Positions 1 to 12,384 of a stretch of 32,252 bases of DNA are shown here, one piece after another. Both the position numbers and the translations under genes were made by a program. Position 1 is the first letter of the stretch. The number at the start of each line of letters is the position of its first letter. The notes below the pieces were generated by a model. The model worked only from the letters and a program-made list of their open reading frames with translations. It was not told the DNA's origin and ran no database searches. This DNA is from Dirinaria sp. TL-2023a (lineage: Eukaryota): contig JAVEBF010000083.1 in NCBI GenBank assembly GCA_051941275.1, positions 1-32,252 on the forward strand, read 5' to 3'.

Positions 1-217
1 GATATAGAGATGCGAATTGGATCCCATCAAGGTCTTCTTGTGGCTTTATTTACATGCTGTTTCCCTTGATCTACATCAAAGGACGATTCTTGAGTTGTGA
101 CCGAGATGGTTATTGGAGTTCTACTTGCTTAGACCTTTTCGACGCTCTCATTCAACTTTCAAGTACAAAGAAGGCTCCGAAGGAGGTATCTGAGTCGAAT
201 CAGACACCGCCAGCACC

Positions 218-1988
218 ATGGTCACGACTTTGGACCAGAATATCTTAGGTCCAACCATCGCAGAGGACCAAGATGCCGTTCGCGCTCAGGCATCTAACAA
301 CGGCGAGAAGGTCACGACTTTAGATCGGCATAGCCTAGATTCCACAATCGCACAGAGCCAAGATATCACACGTGTTCAGAAATCTATAAACAGCGAAAAA
401 CTAACGAATTCAGACGTATCTTTCAAGAATTCTATTAGGGCCCCCAAAACCCGAGATTCTATGCCCGTTGTTGATACGTTAGCAGAGGTCGAGAAAGCTC
501 CAATTATCGACTCCAATCTAGTCGATTGGGACGGCCCCGATGACCCCAAAAACCCCGCCAATTTCAGCTGCAGCATGAAAGCGATCAATATCGGTATAGT
601 CAGTGGACTTACGTTCGTCGCACAGCTGGCCTCGTCGATGTTCGCGCCTGGAGTCCCCGAACTCATGGCCGAGTTCCACAGCACGAACACATTGCTGGCT
701 GGGTTTGTGGTTTCGGTGTATCTCCTTGGTTTGGCGATCGGCCCTCTGATCCTGGCTCCGGCGTCCGAGCTGTTTGGAAGGGTAATCATCTACCACGTTT
801 GTAACGTTGGCTTTCTCGTTTTCTCTGTTGCGTGCGCAGTTAGCACGGATCTTGGCATGCTCGTCGCTTTTCGGTTTTTTCAAGGCTGCTTCGGTTCTGC
901 GGCTGTGACAAATGGTATCGAATTCGCCTCCATCCCTCACTTGCCCCCAGTTGACTTTCGTATACTGATCTGTTCACATCGTAGGTGGTGGCACGATCGC
1001 AGACCTTGTCGTGCAAGAGAAACGAGGAGGCGTGATTGCCATCTATGTGCTCGGACCCTTGCTCGGACCAGTCATTGGACCTGTAGCGGGAGGATACCTC
1101 GTGGATGCCCGTGGCTGGAGATGGGTTTTCTGGGTCCTTACAATAATCGACGGATTCTTCACAATCGTCTCTGTTCTTTTCCTGCGCGAGACTTACTCGA
1201 CCGTGCTACTCAAGCGCAAAGCAGCGCGTCTCATCAAAGAAACTGGAAATACCACTCTGCGTTCGAAGCGAGACAGCGGACTGACCGTGAGGCAACTGCT
1301 TGCTCGATCTATCATCCGACCAACCAAGATCCTCATCATGTCGCCCATCGTCTTTGCCTGCTCAATCTATATCGGTGTCGTTTACGCATATCAATACCTC
1401 ATGTTCGCGACCTTCACATTCGTTTTCGAAGAGCAATACGGTTTCCCGAGCAAGTCTGTTGGTCTTTCGTATCTCGGTATTGGCGCGGGATCAGTGCTAG
1501 GCCTCATCGTCATCGGCGCCGTGTCCGACCGGATCGTGAAAGCCAAATCGCAACCAACACCCACGTCACCTTCGGGAACTATGGAACCCGAATACCGTCT
1601 CCCACCCGTGGCCGTCGGCGCGTTCTTCATCCCCGCAGGCCTTTTCCTGTACGGATGGTCGGCTCAATACAAGACGCATTGGATCGTGCCCATAATCGGC
1701 ACGGCCCTGATTGGCGTCGGTAATATCGCGGTCTTCATGTGCATAACTAGTTACCTGATTGACGCATTCACCGTCTATGCAGCGAGCGCTCTGGCAGCAA
1801 ATACGGTAATCAGAAGCGTGATGGGTGCCCTCTTGCCCTTGGCTGGTCAGAGCATGTATGCATCACTTGGACTGGGTTGGGGCAATAGTCTGCTAGGCTT
1901 CATCGCCGTCGCGTGTATACCGGTTCCATGGGCGTTGATGAAGTATGGCAAGAAGCTGAGAAAGACGTTTGATGTGAACAGACTTTGA
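218..1988 (+). CDS. MFS transporter, DHA1 (drug:H+ antiporter) type; exons 218-914, 985-1988
   Basis: Motifs VDWDGPDDPKNPANF, LAPASELFGR, FRFFQG, ETY, PEYRL, YLIDAF..YAASALAA, LGLGWGNSLLGF. Intron 915-984 (GTATCG...TACTGAT...TAG) joins the two ORFs as TNGGGTIADLVVQEKRG. Confidence 0.95.
221..400 (+). repeat. Degenerate 90-bp (30 aa) tandem duplication in the MFS N-terminal tail
   Basis: GTCACGACTTT begins both 221 and 311. The peptides VTTLDQNILGPTIAEDQDAVRAQASNNGEK and VTTLDRHSLDSTIAQSQDITRVQKSINSEK align without gaps. Confidence 0.85.
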
Positions 1989-3496
1989 TATCATGAAACT
2001 GGGATACGGCTTTCTGTCTCGCTCTGATTGTTCAACGCAGAGCAACTATTTCGGGAACGGTATGCAAAACATGCGGTCTAATGCCAAGGCGACGGCATTC
2101 CTGGGTGTGCTTGCATAGATGTATGGCAAGGCGGAAACGTCGTCGTCCATCTCTCCTTCTCGTTATCGTCGTTCCCGCAGAGGCAAGGTTGACTTTTATC
2201 TGGTATTGCGTACTAACGCAAACGTCTACCTATTCCCCATCGCAACTGATCAACTTCCTGGGCGGTACAGCATTTTTCACAGTCAACCAAACTTCTTACT
2301 TCTTACAAACACTATGAACCTCAGTCAATTACGATATTTTGTCGACGTCAGAGTATGGGTTATTGTGTTCTGGTGTGATGAGCCTGCGAGAGAGAATGTA
2401 TGAGTGATTGGAAATAATCGGATTCGTATTGGAAAATCAAGAAATGTATCTCCAGTCAATTTCAACTCGATACCGTTTGAGACAACGTGTCAGTATCAAT
2501 CTCATAAATCTGAGTTGGTAGACTTTGAGCCACTGTCAAAATCTGAAACTTGTAGCTGTTGACCGTAGGTTACAGTCATGACTCGTGTACCAGAAACAGT
2601 GTATAGTCTCAATCAGCCCCAGGTTGAGAGGAGATATAAATTGTTTATTCAACCAAAAGAAGAGAAAAAGATAAAGAAAAGAAGAGAGTTTCCGGCTCCT
2701 CAATGGCAAAGAACATCGCAGTGTGTTTTGAGTGACATCGGATGACAACTTCATAGATTCTCCGACGGCAAAATAATAATTATTATCGCTCAATTTTGCT
2801 GTCTGTAGAGAAAGTGTCCGCATTTAGGGATTATGTAAGGTTCCCTCACCGCAGGATCGTGGAGATGCTTCTAGTAGCAATGCATGTGCTGATTGGACTC
2901 TCGTTGCAGATACTGTACATACATAGTCCGTCAGCTCAGCGATCAAGCGCCAAGAGGAGACCACTCATATCTTGTCACATGAATTAGGTACTCTACCTTG
3001 TGTACTAATGAAGGCAATACTGTACGTAGATATGACGATTGAAAGAGAACATGGGCGATATAGTATATATGAAGCAGTATGAGCACCGTGTAGAGTCGTA
3101 CAGATGACCTTTGGGTGGTGAGAGGCATATTGAAACAGTAAGATAGGTCCTCGGTACCTTCCGTAAAGTACAGTAAAATATGTAAGTAAAGTACTTTACC
3201 TTACCTATGTGTGCAGAGAGTGCCTATAGTCTCAATCTAAACTGGAATAGGTAAAGCGTCACGAATTGGTCTCCGCGGGATGCCCTCGGCCCGGTCACAG
3301 ATGCGTCTGTCCTGATCACGGATGAACACGAAATAGCCCGTAAGCTACCTTACCTTAGCTTCCTGACTGATTACGACATCCGTCATATGTCCCACAGATT
3401 TTGCGGGGATGTTCGTACAGTGGTTCTAGCAAGAATCTGCACACCTGCATCATATCCTACGCCGTTATGGTATGAAATAGCATCCAGAGCGCGAAA

Positions 3497-6304
3497 ATGG
3501 CCGACCTCAGCGGCTTGATCATGACGGCTTTGGGCGTCTCATTCGAGATCTCTTCCACTATCTACAACTACTCACGGGATGTCAAGGCAGCATCCGACAG
3601 CATTCATCGTCTGAGTAGTGAGCTTTTTGCCTTGATAGGTGTACTCGAACATATGAAGTTGCAGAGGCAGCAAAAGAGCTTTGTAAAACCTTCCTTGGAA
3701 GGAGAAACCAGCGACTCGACCAGCTTGAAAAGAGTGCTGCAGGAGACCCTCGTCTTCTTGAAGGAGCTCGCAATATCGTTAGACCCGCCTCAAAGCCGAT
3801 TGAAGGTCACCCTTCAAAAACTGAAATGGCCACTCAAGGAGAACGAAACACGAAGTCATCTGCAAAGACTCGAACGTGTCAAGACATATTTGATCCTCTC
3901 CCAAGTCACCGAAGAATTGTTCGTAGGCGGCTCTTTCATCTTTTGCTCGTGTTGAATCCTCCCCTGTGCAGATGCTTGAGTTTTTACATCCATTGCTCTA
4001 AGTCGCTGCACTCACAATTATATCCGGTGAAACTCTTAACGATCATGAGAGATATGGAGCCTTCACACTGTCCTGACATTTGCCAGAGACCGTACGCAAG
4101 ACCTTGCTCGACAGATTACGGCCTTGACCACACGCATAGAAGAGGGTCAATTAGAACAGCAAGCAGAGGCTACCGGTAGGTGACCCAAGGCCGTTCAAAG
4201 CTGATACTTATGCGTTCCAAGAAAACACACATGCCAAAATCTCACAGTGGCTTTCACCCATCGATCCGCGAAACACGTTTGAGAAAGTTGAGAAATATCG
4301 AGCTGCTGGTAGCGGAGCTTGGTTCATCGGTAGCAAGCCGTTTCAAAACTGGTTTGGCTCCAAAACGTCGTCCACTTTCTGGCTGAATGGGATAAGTCAG
4401 TCTCAGCATATCCTTAGATCTTGGTTTTATGCAAAGGCTAACGAAATTTTGCGGACTATAGCAGGATCTGGTAAGACAACATTAATGTAAGCCATTACAT
4501 AGCCGTTCCTTCGTCGACTGAGGTCATACCCCTGGCTTATACGCTCGTACACTCAACATGTCTCAATATTTTGTCCGTCTGCACAGCTCAGTTGGTATCT
4601 GCTCATCTGTATAGTCAATATGTCTCGTGCTATTATGAAACCTGCTAAAGTCAATTTCCAGGACGGCAGCTGTCGATGCAGTGAGCACAGGTGTACCAAA
4701 CGCCTGCATGGCATATTTTTATTGCTCCTTCACAGCAAGTGAAAGCCTTCAAGAAACCATAATACTTGGATCACTCTTATCACAGCTGTATCAGTCGGCC
4801 GAGAAGACCAACATCATAGCAGCGCTTGAGCCTTTGTACACGGCCAATGGGGGACAGACTAAGGATTCTGCACAAGCGTGGCGGCTGGACGCGAAGCAGT
4901 TGGCTGAATTGATCATTGATTATCTCCGTGACGCTAAAGATGTATACATCTTTATTGATGGCATCAATGAGTGTACTGATCCTGAGTCAATACTGTTATC
5001 GCTTCGAAACATCATCCGGTCATGTGAAGATCTTGCTATTCATGCTTTCCTCTCAAGTATCGACGAGAAAGACATCGGGCCATGTGTGGACGCTTTTCCG
5101 GATCTCACGACTTTGAAGCTTCGACCGGGCCATCTTGCCGACGATATTGGCCTACTGATCCAAACGAGTCTAGACTCTAATCCACGGCTTCGAAGGCATA
5201 GCACGCAGTTGAAGTCAGATATACAGTGGGCACTTGTTCATGGAGCACACGGCATGTATGTAAGCCAGCCCAGGACCATGTAGCACCGTGCTTACGGATA
5301 TCAGGTTCCGTTGGGTGCAATGCCAACTCGATACCCTGTCGAGACTCCGAACTCCTGGCGCAGTAAGGAATGCTTTAACCAAACTTCCATCGACTTTAGA
5401 CAAGACCTACGAAGGATTACTTCAACGTATAGATGGTGATGAAGATAAAGCCCTTGCGCGAGAGATTCTGGAGATACTAGCCTTCACATATCAGCCTCTC
5501 CGACTGCAAGAAGTGTCTGAAATGTTACAGATCACTTCCGGACTGCGAACTTTAGACGACAGCAAATGCTTGTCTGACCCTATCGATATTCTCAGCATCT
5601 GTGGCAGCCTCCTGACATTTCAAAAAGAATCAGGGCTTGTGGCATTGGCGCATCATTCAGTAATGGCTTACCTGACTTCGGAACTGAGTGGGAGGAATGC
5701 TTACTTCCGGCTAATCCCAAATCAAGCTCATAAAAATCTTGCCATCAAATGCCTTGCGTATCTTTCTTTCGATGCATTCTCCGACGGACCTTGTCCATCA
5801 GCAAAAACTTTCCGAGACCGATGCTCATGCTTTCCCCTCCTCAAATACGCAGCGCATCGCTGGTCGTCTCATGTGGGTGCATTGAACGGTCTCGATGACT
5901 CATTATGGCAATCTGTCAAAGACTTGCTATTCAGTGCGGACGAAGGACGTGGAAATTTCCATGCCTGGGTACAGGTTCTGAGACCATATGCTAGTACCAG
6001 TACAATATTCCAGACGCTTCCACTTTACTATGCGGCTTCGTTCGGCCTTACAGAAATAGTTCGATATTTGTTGGATGCCGGTGCAGATATGGAGGCTCGT
6101 GGAGGTCACGGTGGTGCAACTCCACTCAACATCGCTAGTTACAGGGGTAATTACGATGTTGTCAAACTGCTCCTAGAACGTGGCGCCGATCCGCACGCCG
6201 TAGATCATGGTGGGCAACGGTCTGCCATCCATTGGGCGTTTTTCAACCACCACAGAGAAGTCTTCAGATTGCTCACCAATTCCAACAACGCCAAAGAAAT
6301 ATAG
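3497..6304 (+). CDS. Fungal NLR-like STAND protein: Helo-like N-terminal domain + NACHT + winged helix + ankyrin repeats; exons 3497-3918, 4087-4175, 4222-4395, 4462-4486, 4662-5255, 5305-6304
   Basis: N-terminal helical domain ending LKWPLKE. Splicing gives QWLSPIDP...GSGAWF...FQNW...FWLNGITGSGKTTLM (Walker A split by introns), AYFYC, Walker B IFIDGINEC, GMFRWVQCQL, LPSTLDKTY, ALAHHSV, and ankyrins PLYYAASFG, TPLNIASYRG, SAIHWA. All five introns are GT-AG and frame-consistent. Confidence 0.9.
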
Positions 6305-7386
6305 CCCTACTTGACAGGAAAGCAACTCGCGCAGCCCTAATATTGCGGCAATGATGGTTGGGCGATCTTGGTGCTCCGACTGCTATCGTCGCTCGTGTAG
6401 TGGTTGCTCCGTTATAGGCCGAAAGAACCTGGCCAATCTCTTCTGGGGTGGGGCCTCGTTGCTCTAGCCGAGTGCCAGACAGACCATCCATCTGGCAGAG
6501 CCATAACGACATTTGTCAATCTACACAAACGGCTGCATCACACTTCAACAGTAGAAAGCAGAGCTCTGGATTTTGAGGCTATGGCAGGCGGTGGCCCCTT
6601 GGCGTATGTCGAGCTACAATTGTCGGCGTTACGGATCTATAGCGTTCTGGTTGGAAATAGAAGCCCTCATTGATTTAAAAGACGTTCAAATATCGACACA
6701 CGTCGAGAGCGACATCGATCGACTTCTTTCGAGCGAGCCTTCGGACCCTACTGATGCGAAGAAAAATACTCTGGCGTTTGTTGCTGTTGACGATGATTCT
6801 GATACGCTGACTGTATAACATTAGCTGATAATCGCATCGCAAATCGTCATTCGATGAAGAAAATAGCATTGCCATTTGAGTATAGAGATACCGGGTTCGT
6901 AGATTTCTACTCAAGGCGACATCTTCTGGTGAACCCGGACAGGGTAACCGCACCGCGATGACCGTGTCACTATAACCAGCCCGCAAAACGTGAAATCTAT
7001 ATTCTATATAATCTATACTCAAGATTAATTCACGTTACCTAAATCCGCTCTCGGCTTTCTGATATCTAACGCTCTAGTAGGGTGTTAGTCCTGACAAAGG
7101 CTTAGTGACGAAATGAAGGAACATCAGTACATCAACGAGAAGTCATCGTCAATCTTCGATATTCCTTCAACAAATTAAGGATTCTCTAGGCTTTGCTTTG
7201 AAGCGACGCAAAGAGCCGACGCAACGGTGATTTGAAAATCGGCGAGTAAAAAGCTTCATGCCTCAACGCATCTGATCTATTCATGTGTGAAGCATGATTA
7301 ATCACATATTTAAGCATTGGAAAATACGCCTCGTGATATTATTTCTTTCCCCTCTTTCCTTCCCTTTCTTGTCCTATACAATTGTC

Positions 7387-8500
7387 ATGGAACCAAACTA
7401 GGTGCTGGCATAACCACCGCTCTGTCGTTCACCTCAGGGCGCATCGTAACTGCCGCCTTAACCCTCAAATACACTTACCACGTTGGTAATGCCATGTATT
7501 TATTTCCTTCAAAGTCACCTATTTCTCATCATCCTTTGATCCATCCATATTCCCATACCTACGACCGCCTACGACTGTAGTATGGTAATACTCGCCGTGC
7601 GTACATGTATCCAGAACTAAGGTCTTCATAACTTACTTTGCTCCTCTGTCATCAATCTCTTTTTTCTCTAAGTAGTTTTCATCTAAATTGACGAGTTCCT
7701 CAATTGTTGTCCGGGCATGGTCTGTTGTTCGATGTCTTCCGATTCCAAACGATCTTGTGTCCAAATTACCTTCATCAACATGGAAGACGTGTACGTGTGC
7801 AAATAATGCAGCATCGAGAAAAATTAAATTACTCGTCTAAAGCTTCGTCGAGTCCCCCCAAGATCATTACCGTTTCTCCAAGCATATCGAGACACAGCGA
7901 AGCAAAACCTTATCATATTCAAGTATCTGACAGAGTCTGGCGATGATCTGGGTGCAGAATGCAAGGCATTTTGTACAGCATCCTTAGCAAAAAAGGAAAA
8001 TTAACATCACATGGAAGAGTTCTGTGAGTGAAAACAATAACAAATGGTCTAAGACCAACTCGCAGCTGAAAACTACACATTTAAAACGATAAACTTGACC
8101 AAAATACCAACCATGAAAAGAACGCACGCAATGTTAGAAACTACCTATGAGCTAAATATGAATCTCATTCGTGTAAGGGCTTATAATTACCAAAATCGCA
8201 CAAATTCTAGAAAGTCACCAAAAGCTCCCAGAAATGGTCCCGCAATCGAGTCTTTCACTCAAATGCTCAATTTGATAATTCTCAAAGAGACACATATCAT
8301 GACGATGCGAGAGAGGTTTTGAAATTGTTGTTCTCAATGAAGCTCTAATTAAGCAAAACTTAAAAAGAGAGAGAAATAAAAAACAATCGAAATTTGAACA
8401 TATTGATTTTGATAAGCAAAATCGAGAACGACAGAATAAAAGAGGTGAAGAAGAGAGAAGTGTGATTTGTAATGAGAAGAGATTTTCGAGATGAATATCT
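7387..8500 (+). pseudogene. Possible decayed gene relic at the start of an AT-rich tract
   Basis: Protein-like fragments in shifting frames with stops: MEP/LGAGITTALSFTSGRIVTAALTLKYTYHVGNA (resembles Helo-like N-termini), IIFKYLTESGDDL (ankyrin-like) and a charged helix EALIKQNLKRERNKKQSKFEHIDFDKQNRERQ. No intact frame. Confidence 0.3.
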
Positions 8501-9760
8501 CTTTTGATAGAGAAAGTATGTGTGTAAATAGAACGGCGAATAATCATATCTCATCGCTGAATTTCTTCAATCCCCGCTCCTCACTGATTCTATTTTCTCT
8601 TTTATTTTCCTAGTACCGTGGTCCTTTTCAACATCATGATGCTATTTAATCAAAAACGAAATAATTTCCAAAACAATCATCATCTACGCACAATACCTCC
8701 AAGTGCGCTTATCATTTTTATATTACTATATATTTACATTAGAATAATTTTCATTGACTCATATCTATACTAACTCAGAGAGAATCTGTTTGAGAAATTA
8801 TCCGCTTATTCCTTTTTTGTCTCTAAACCTTCAGATGATTATCTTACTCGAAATAAGGTGTGTATATTGGAAGAGAAGGGGGGTGGGGGGGGTGCAAGTT
8901 TCTTCGTAAAAAACTAAAAAAAAATGATCTAAAAACATGTGATACTCTATAACAAAATGATTCTTTTGAATCTATAGAGAGAGATGCCAGAAGCCTGAAC
9001 AGAGACACACGAATGCGGCCGCTTTCATCTTATCCTTAGAAACTCGACGAAAGAACTACATGCCACAGTAAATCATCAAATATATATCTATTTCTCGTCG
9101 TCGCGCAAACCAGCAATTTTAGTTTTTCGTTTCTTCCTGCCTTTCGTTTGTTTGTTTGATGGATTTAAATCCAACGCAGCATGGCATCCCATCGACGAAT
9201 TTCGGACGTGTGTGCAGGGGAAGTAAGTAAGTATTGCGATGGATGGCGCTTTTTTCAAACGAAACTACCGCAGAAATGGACTGCAGCTGAAAGCAGCAAG
9301 AGTTTTCGAGTGAAGTGACGGGATTGCTGCCAAGTAAGTGCATGTAAGTCATAGAATAGCTACAGTAGTTCAGATGAATCAGCTTTGCTCTTTTTTTAAG
9401 GAGAGAGAAGCGGAGCGGCTTTTTTTTTTTTTTGAAGAAGACAGAAAGAAAGAGTAGTTGGAAAAAATCGGTGGTGAAATAATTTTCGAGATATTCTATG
9501 TAGCGTCATTTAATCCTTTTTCCTCGAGATAGCTATTTCCATCGTGCGTTGTGATTTTTTCTGTTTTAGTCTTCAATACACTAGCTAATAAAACAGTAAT
9601 TCAGATCATTTCACGAGGTTCCCAGGCATGGGTGAGTAGTATCAGTGAAGAAACATTGCAGAACATTTTCGATCGATTAGTTAGAAAAAGTTAGACGCTG
9701 GATACAGCCCCCTTCCCCTCTTTCCCCTTTTTTATGTCCCCAAGGTCTTCTGAGCTTATT
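7950..9760. other. AT-rich low-complexity tract with no intact gene
   Basis: Long A/T homopolymers, GA-rich runs and a G run at ~8878-8892. Only short, compositionally biased ORFs. Confidence 0.6.
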
Positions 9761-10025
9761 CAAGGAAAAAAGCACGCTAGGCCGGCTACATCATATTTCA
9801 TCTGCCCCTACTAGCAGAGAATCACGATCAATAATTCCCGTTCTGGAATCTACTTAGAGATCTCCAGAATCATTGCCAGTCTCTCACCTAACATTACGTC
9901 TATCTAATGAAGTACTCTGGCCACAGACAATTGGAGTGAGCGACGAAGCGACACGGTTTTATGTATAGCTTCTCCCATTATGGAAGGCCGGTAGGGCTGA
10001 CATACTCAGATATCTCACTACTTGC

Positions 10026-11193
10026 CTATCTGTCGTCTCTCAAATCCGTGGGAGAAGCCTCGGTTCCCTTCTTTTGATCAACATTGATTTCTGTTGTTAT
10101 TACAATGTCGCTCTCAAGCCTACGAAATCCAGTCTCTCTCCTCTGAATTCTTGGCTGCAGTGGAATATTCGAGCTGTGATCCTGTACGTTCTTTGCTGGT
10201 GTGGGTGCTGACGCACTGTTCTGCGTTACCTTGCGGATGATTCCGACCCATCCAACACGCTCTAAGAGTGGTCGGTATGTCATCAAGCAGGCCGATATCA
10301 AATAGACTCCAGTCTCAAATTGTGTCCAGATAATGAGGTCTACCGCAGACCATGTACCGTCAATGAAGGAATTCTTCTTGAAGAAAGTTGTAAATCGAAC
10401 GATCGAGGTCACGAGGCCACTGTCAACATTACTTTAGCCCTGATTGGCTGAAGGGTCCATACAGGCCACATACAAGCTTCCAACAATAAAGGTCAAGTTA
10501 AGACCGATCTTCAAGCGCCTCGTGGTGTGTAAATTCCACATGACACGCAATGGCAACGCCAGCATAATTATGTCAGTCAGAATATTGGGCAGACTCCCCC
10601 ACCTAAAGAAGGCTTCCTTGTTGATACAGTAAGCGCCAGGTAGGCTGGGATTCCAATTGGCAGCAAAAGGTCGGCACGCCGCAGAAGCAGTTATAACAGT
10701 TGAAATCGTCAAGGCGCCAAGCACTCCTGCCAGGACTAGGATGATTCTGTGGTTGGTTTTGCCGGCAAAGAGTCTGTGATATAGTGCGAGAATGGCAAAC
10801 TTTGGAATGTTTACACTTCCGAAATACAAGAACGATATGGCGATCAGGAACTTGCCCCAGGTCGGGACAGTGTGAGGGCTAGTCCTCTCGAGATAAGGCA
10901 GATGGTATCCAACTCCACCATAGTATACCGATGCTTTGAGGCGTTAGCTATGAAACTATGTCCAAACGGAGCCGCTCGATCAAGGACCTACCAACACTAA
11001 GTACACCCATAGACAGCTGTAAGGCAAGTGACAGCACGACCACGGCGTCGTCCATACCCCAAGGCCCTTTTACTAGGTAGCGTGCTAAGTATCTTAAAGC
11101 TACGCAAATCGCTTGCGCCGGAACGAATATTGCAGTGAATACTAGTAGCTTATGACCAGAGTATGTGCCCAGGGTTTCTGTTTGTGAAGGCAT
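10026..11193 (-). CDS. Fungal rhodopsin-domain (PTH11/SAT4-like, no CFEM) 7-TM integral membrane protein; exons 11193-10992, 10933-10474, 10419-10026
   Basis: Family motifs VALRYLAR..GMDD, GVGYH, PKFAILALYHRLF, CRPFAANW, NILTDIIMLALPL, KIGL..F..G, TSIVRF, WTQFE.GVYLISACL..RPL. Introns 10991-10934 and 10473-10420 are GT-AG and in phase. Confidence 0.92.
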
Positions 11194-11485
11194 ATTGACG
11201 GTAGTATCGTAGACGTTTAATGACTAAAGAAATTCATGGCTAGAGACCAGCGAGTGGTATCCGAGTATTACTTAAACGTTGGCCGAGCTGCTGTCAGGGT
11301 TGATCCATGCAGCAGCTACTTACTCAGTCCATCCTGCCAGCTCTGCAAATTGCATCTGATTGTGTGCAACTAGGCTGTTGTAGCATGATAACAGTGTGAC
11401 CGGGACAGCCAAGCGCCGAAATTAGAGGTGGTAGTTGCTGACCTGCTCTAGTAAATGTTCCAGCTCACAATGTCGTGCAGCCATG

Positions 11486-11906
11486 GTCGGTTTCAACGGC
11501 GCGCCGATACTGTCGGGCGGTTCCGTACAGTAGATAGTGAGGGCTTTGTATTGTCGTCAGCACTCCAACCTATCACCACACTAGGTCACATAGTACTCGT
11601 ACCAAATCGTCATGGATCGCCATAATGTGGTGACACCGCAGAAGAACAAACAAGTCTGCGCCACGAGAACTTTCTTGATATTTGCGACGCAGTAATGAAA
11701 GTCCACTAATGCTCACCGTGGTGAGGACAAGCATGCATGACTCCTTTGAGTCGGGGCACTTACCTTATCTTCCATTCAGACCGAGGGGATTGCAGAGTAG
11801 CTAGTGACCTGACCTGCTTTAGGTAGGGAGATAAAGGTGAGGTAGTTAGTTACCTTATTCTGGGGACGGCTAAGATACATTACCTTAGGATTCCGAAAAC
11901 TTTCGG
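11486..11906. promoter_or_regulatory. Candidate Zn2Cys6-type CGG sites in the divergent promoter of the membrane protein and NRPS-like genes
   Basis: CGG/CCG cluster at ~11486-11525 and perfect inverted repeat CCGAAA-AC-TTTCGG at 11893-11906. Function is inferred only. Confidence 0.3.
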
Positions 11907-12384
11907 TAAGAAACAAGTAATTTAAGGTGTGCAGTACCTAATGTAGGTAAGGTATGTCGGTAAGGTAGGTAGGTAAGGCTTCTAAGGTATGCATTAATGA
12001 CTAACTCGACTTGACGTAGGTGTCTTATAACTACCTACTGTATCTACCTTATCTTAAGAACCTGTATGGCTGCATGTGGACGGTGGACAAGACCATCATC
12101 TCCTACGACAATCAATTTTTCTGCAGGTTTGGTGTCTTTAGATTCTCTTCTAATACTTGCTGAGCTGACTTCTGTTAAATTCATATGAAATACAGAATTT
12201 ACCACTGCTCGAGGAATCAAATTGTCAAAAGGAGGGTTTCGAAGCGACGAGCAGCTTGCAACACTAAAGACACGGAAGCATCGTTGTCTTAGCAGAAATC
12301 TTTGCCCGCGAATTGGGCATCGCAAAGGTTTCTCCTGTGGATAAGCCATCACTCTGAACAGCTTTGCGGTATTAGAGAGTCACT

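Noticed and set aside
915..1723. C-terminal half of the 501-aa ORF 218-1723
   Set aside because: It is read-through of intron 915-984 into the wrong frame; the true MFS sequence continues in the 1011-1988 frame.
218..1988. MFS transporter as exporter of the NRPS-like product
   Set aside because: Separated by ~8-10 kb including an NLR gene and an AT-rich tract; no evidence of linkage.
2081..3128. Short ORFs between the MFS and NLR genes
   Set aside because: No recognisable motifs or consistent splice structure; likely chance ORFs. The many antisense ORFs overlapping real genes were rejected for the same reason.
3497..3918. Amyloid signalling motif at the NLR N-terminus
   Set aside because: The N-terminus is a helical Helo-like domain with no G/N/Q-rich pseudo-repeat, and no adjacent effector gene with a matching motif is visible.
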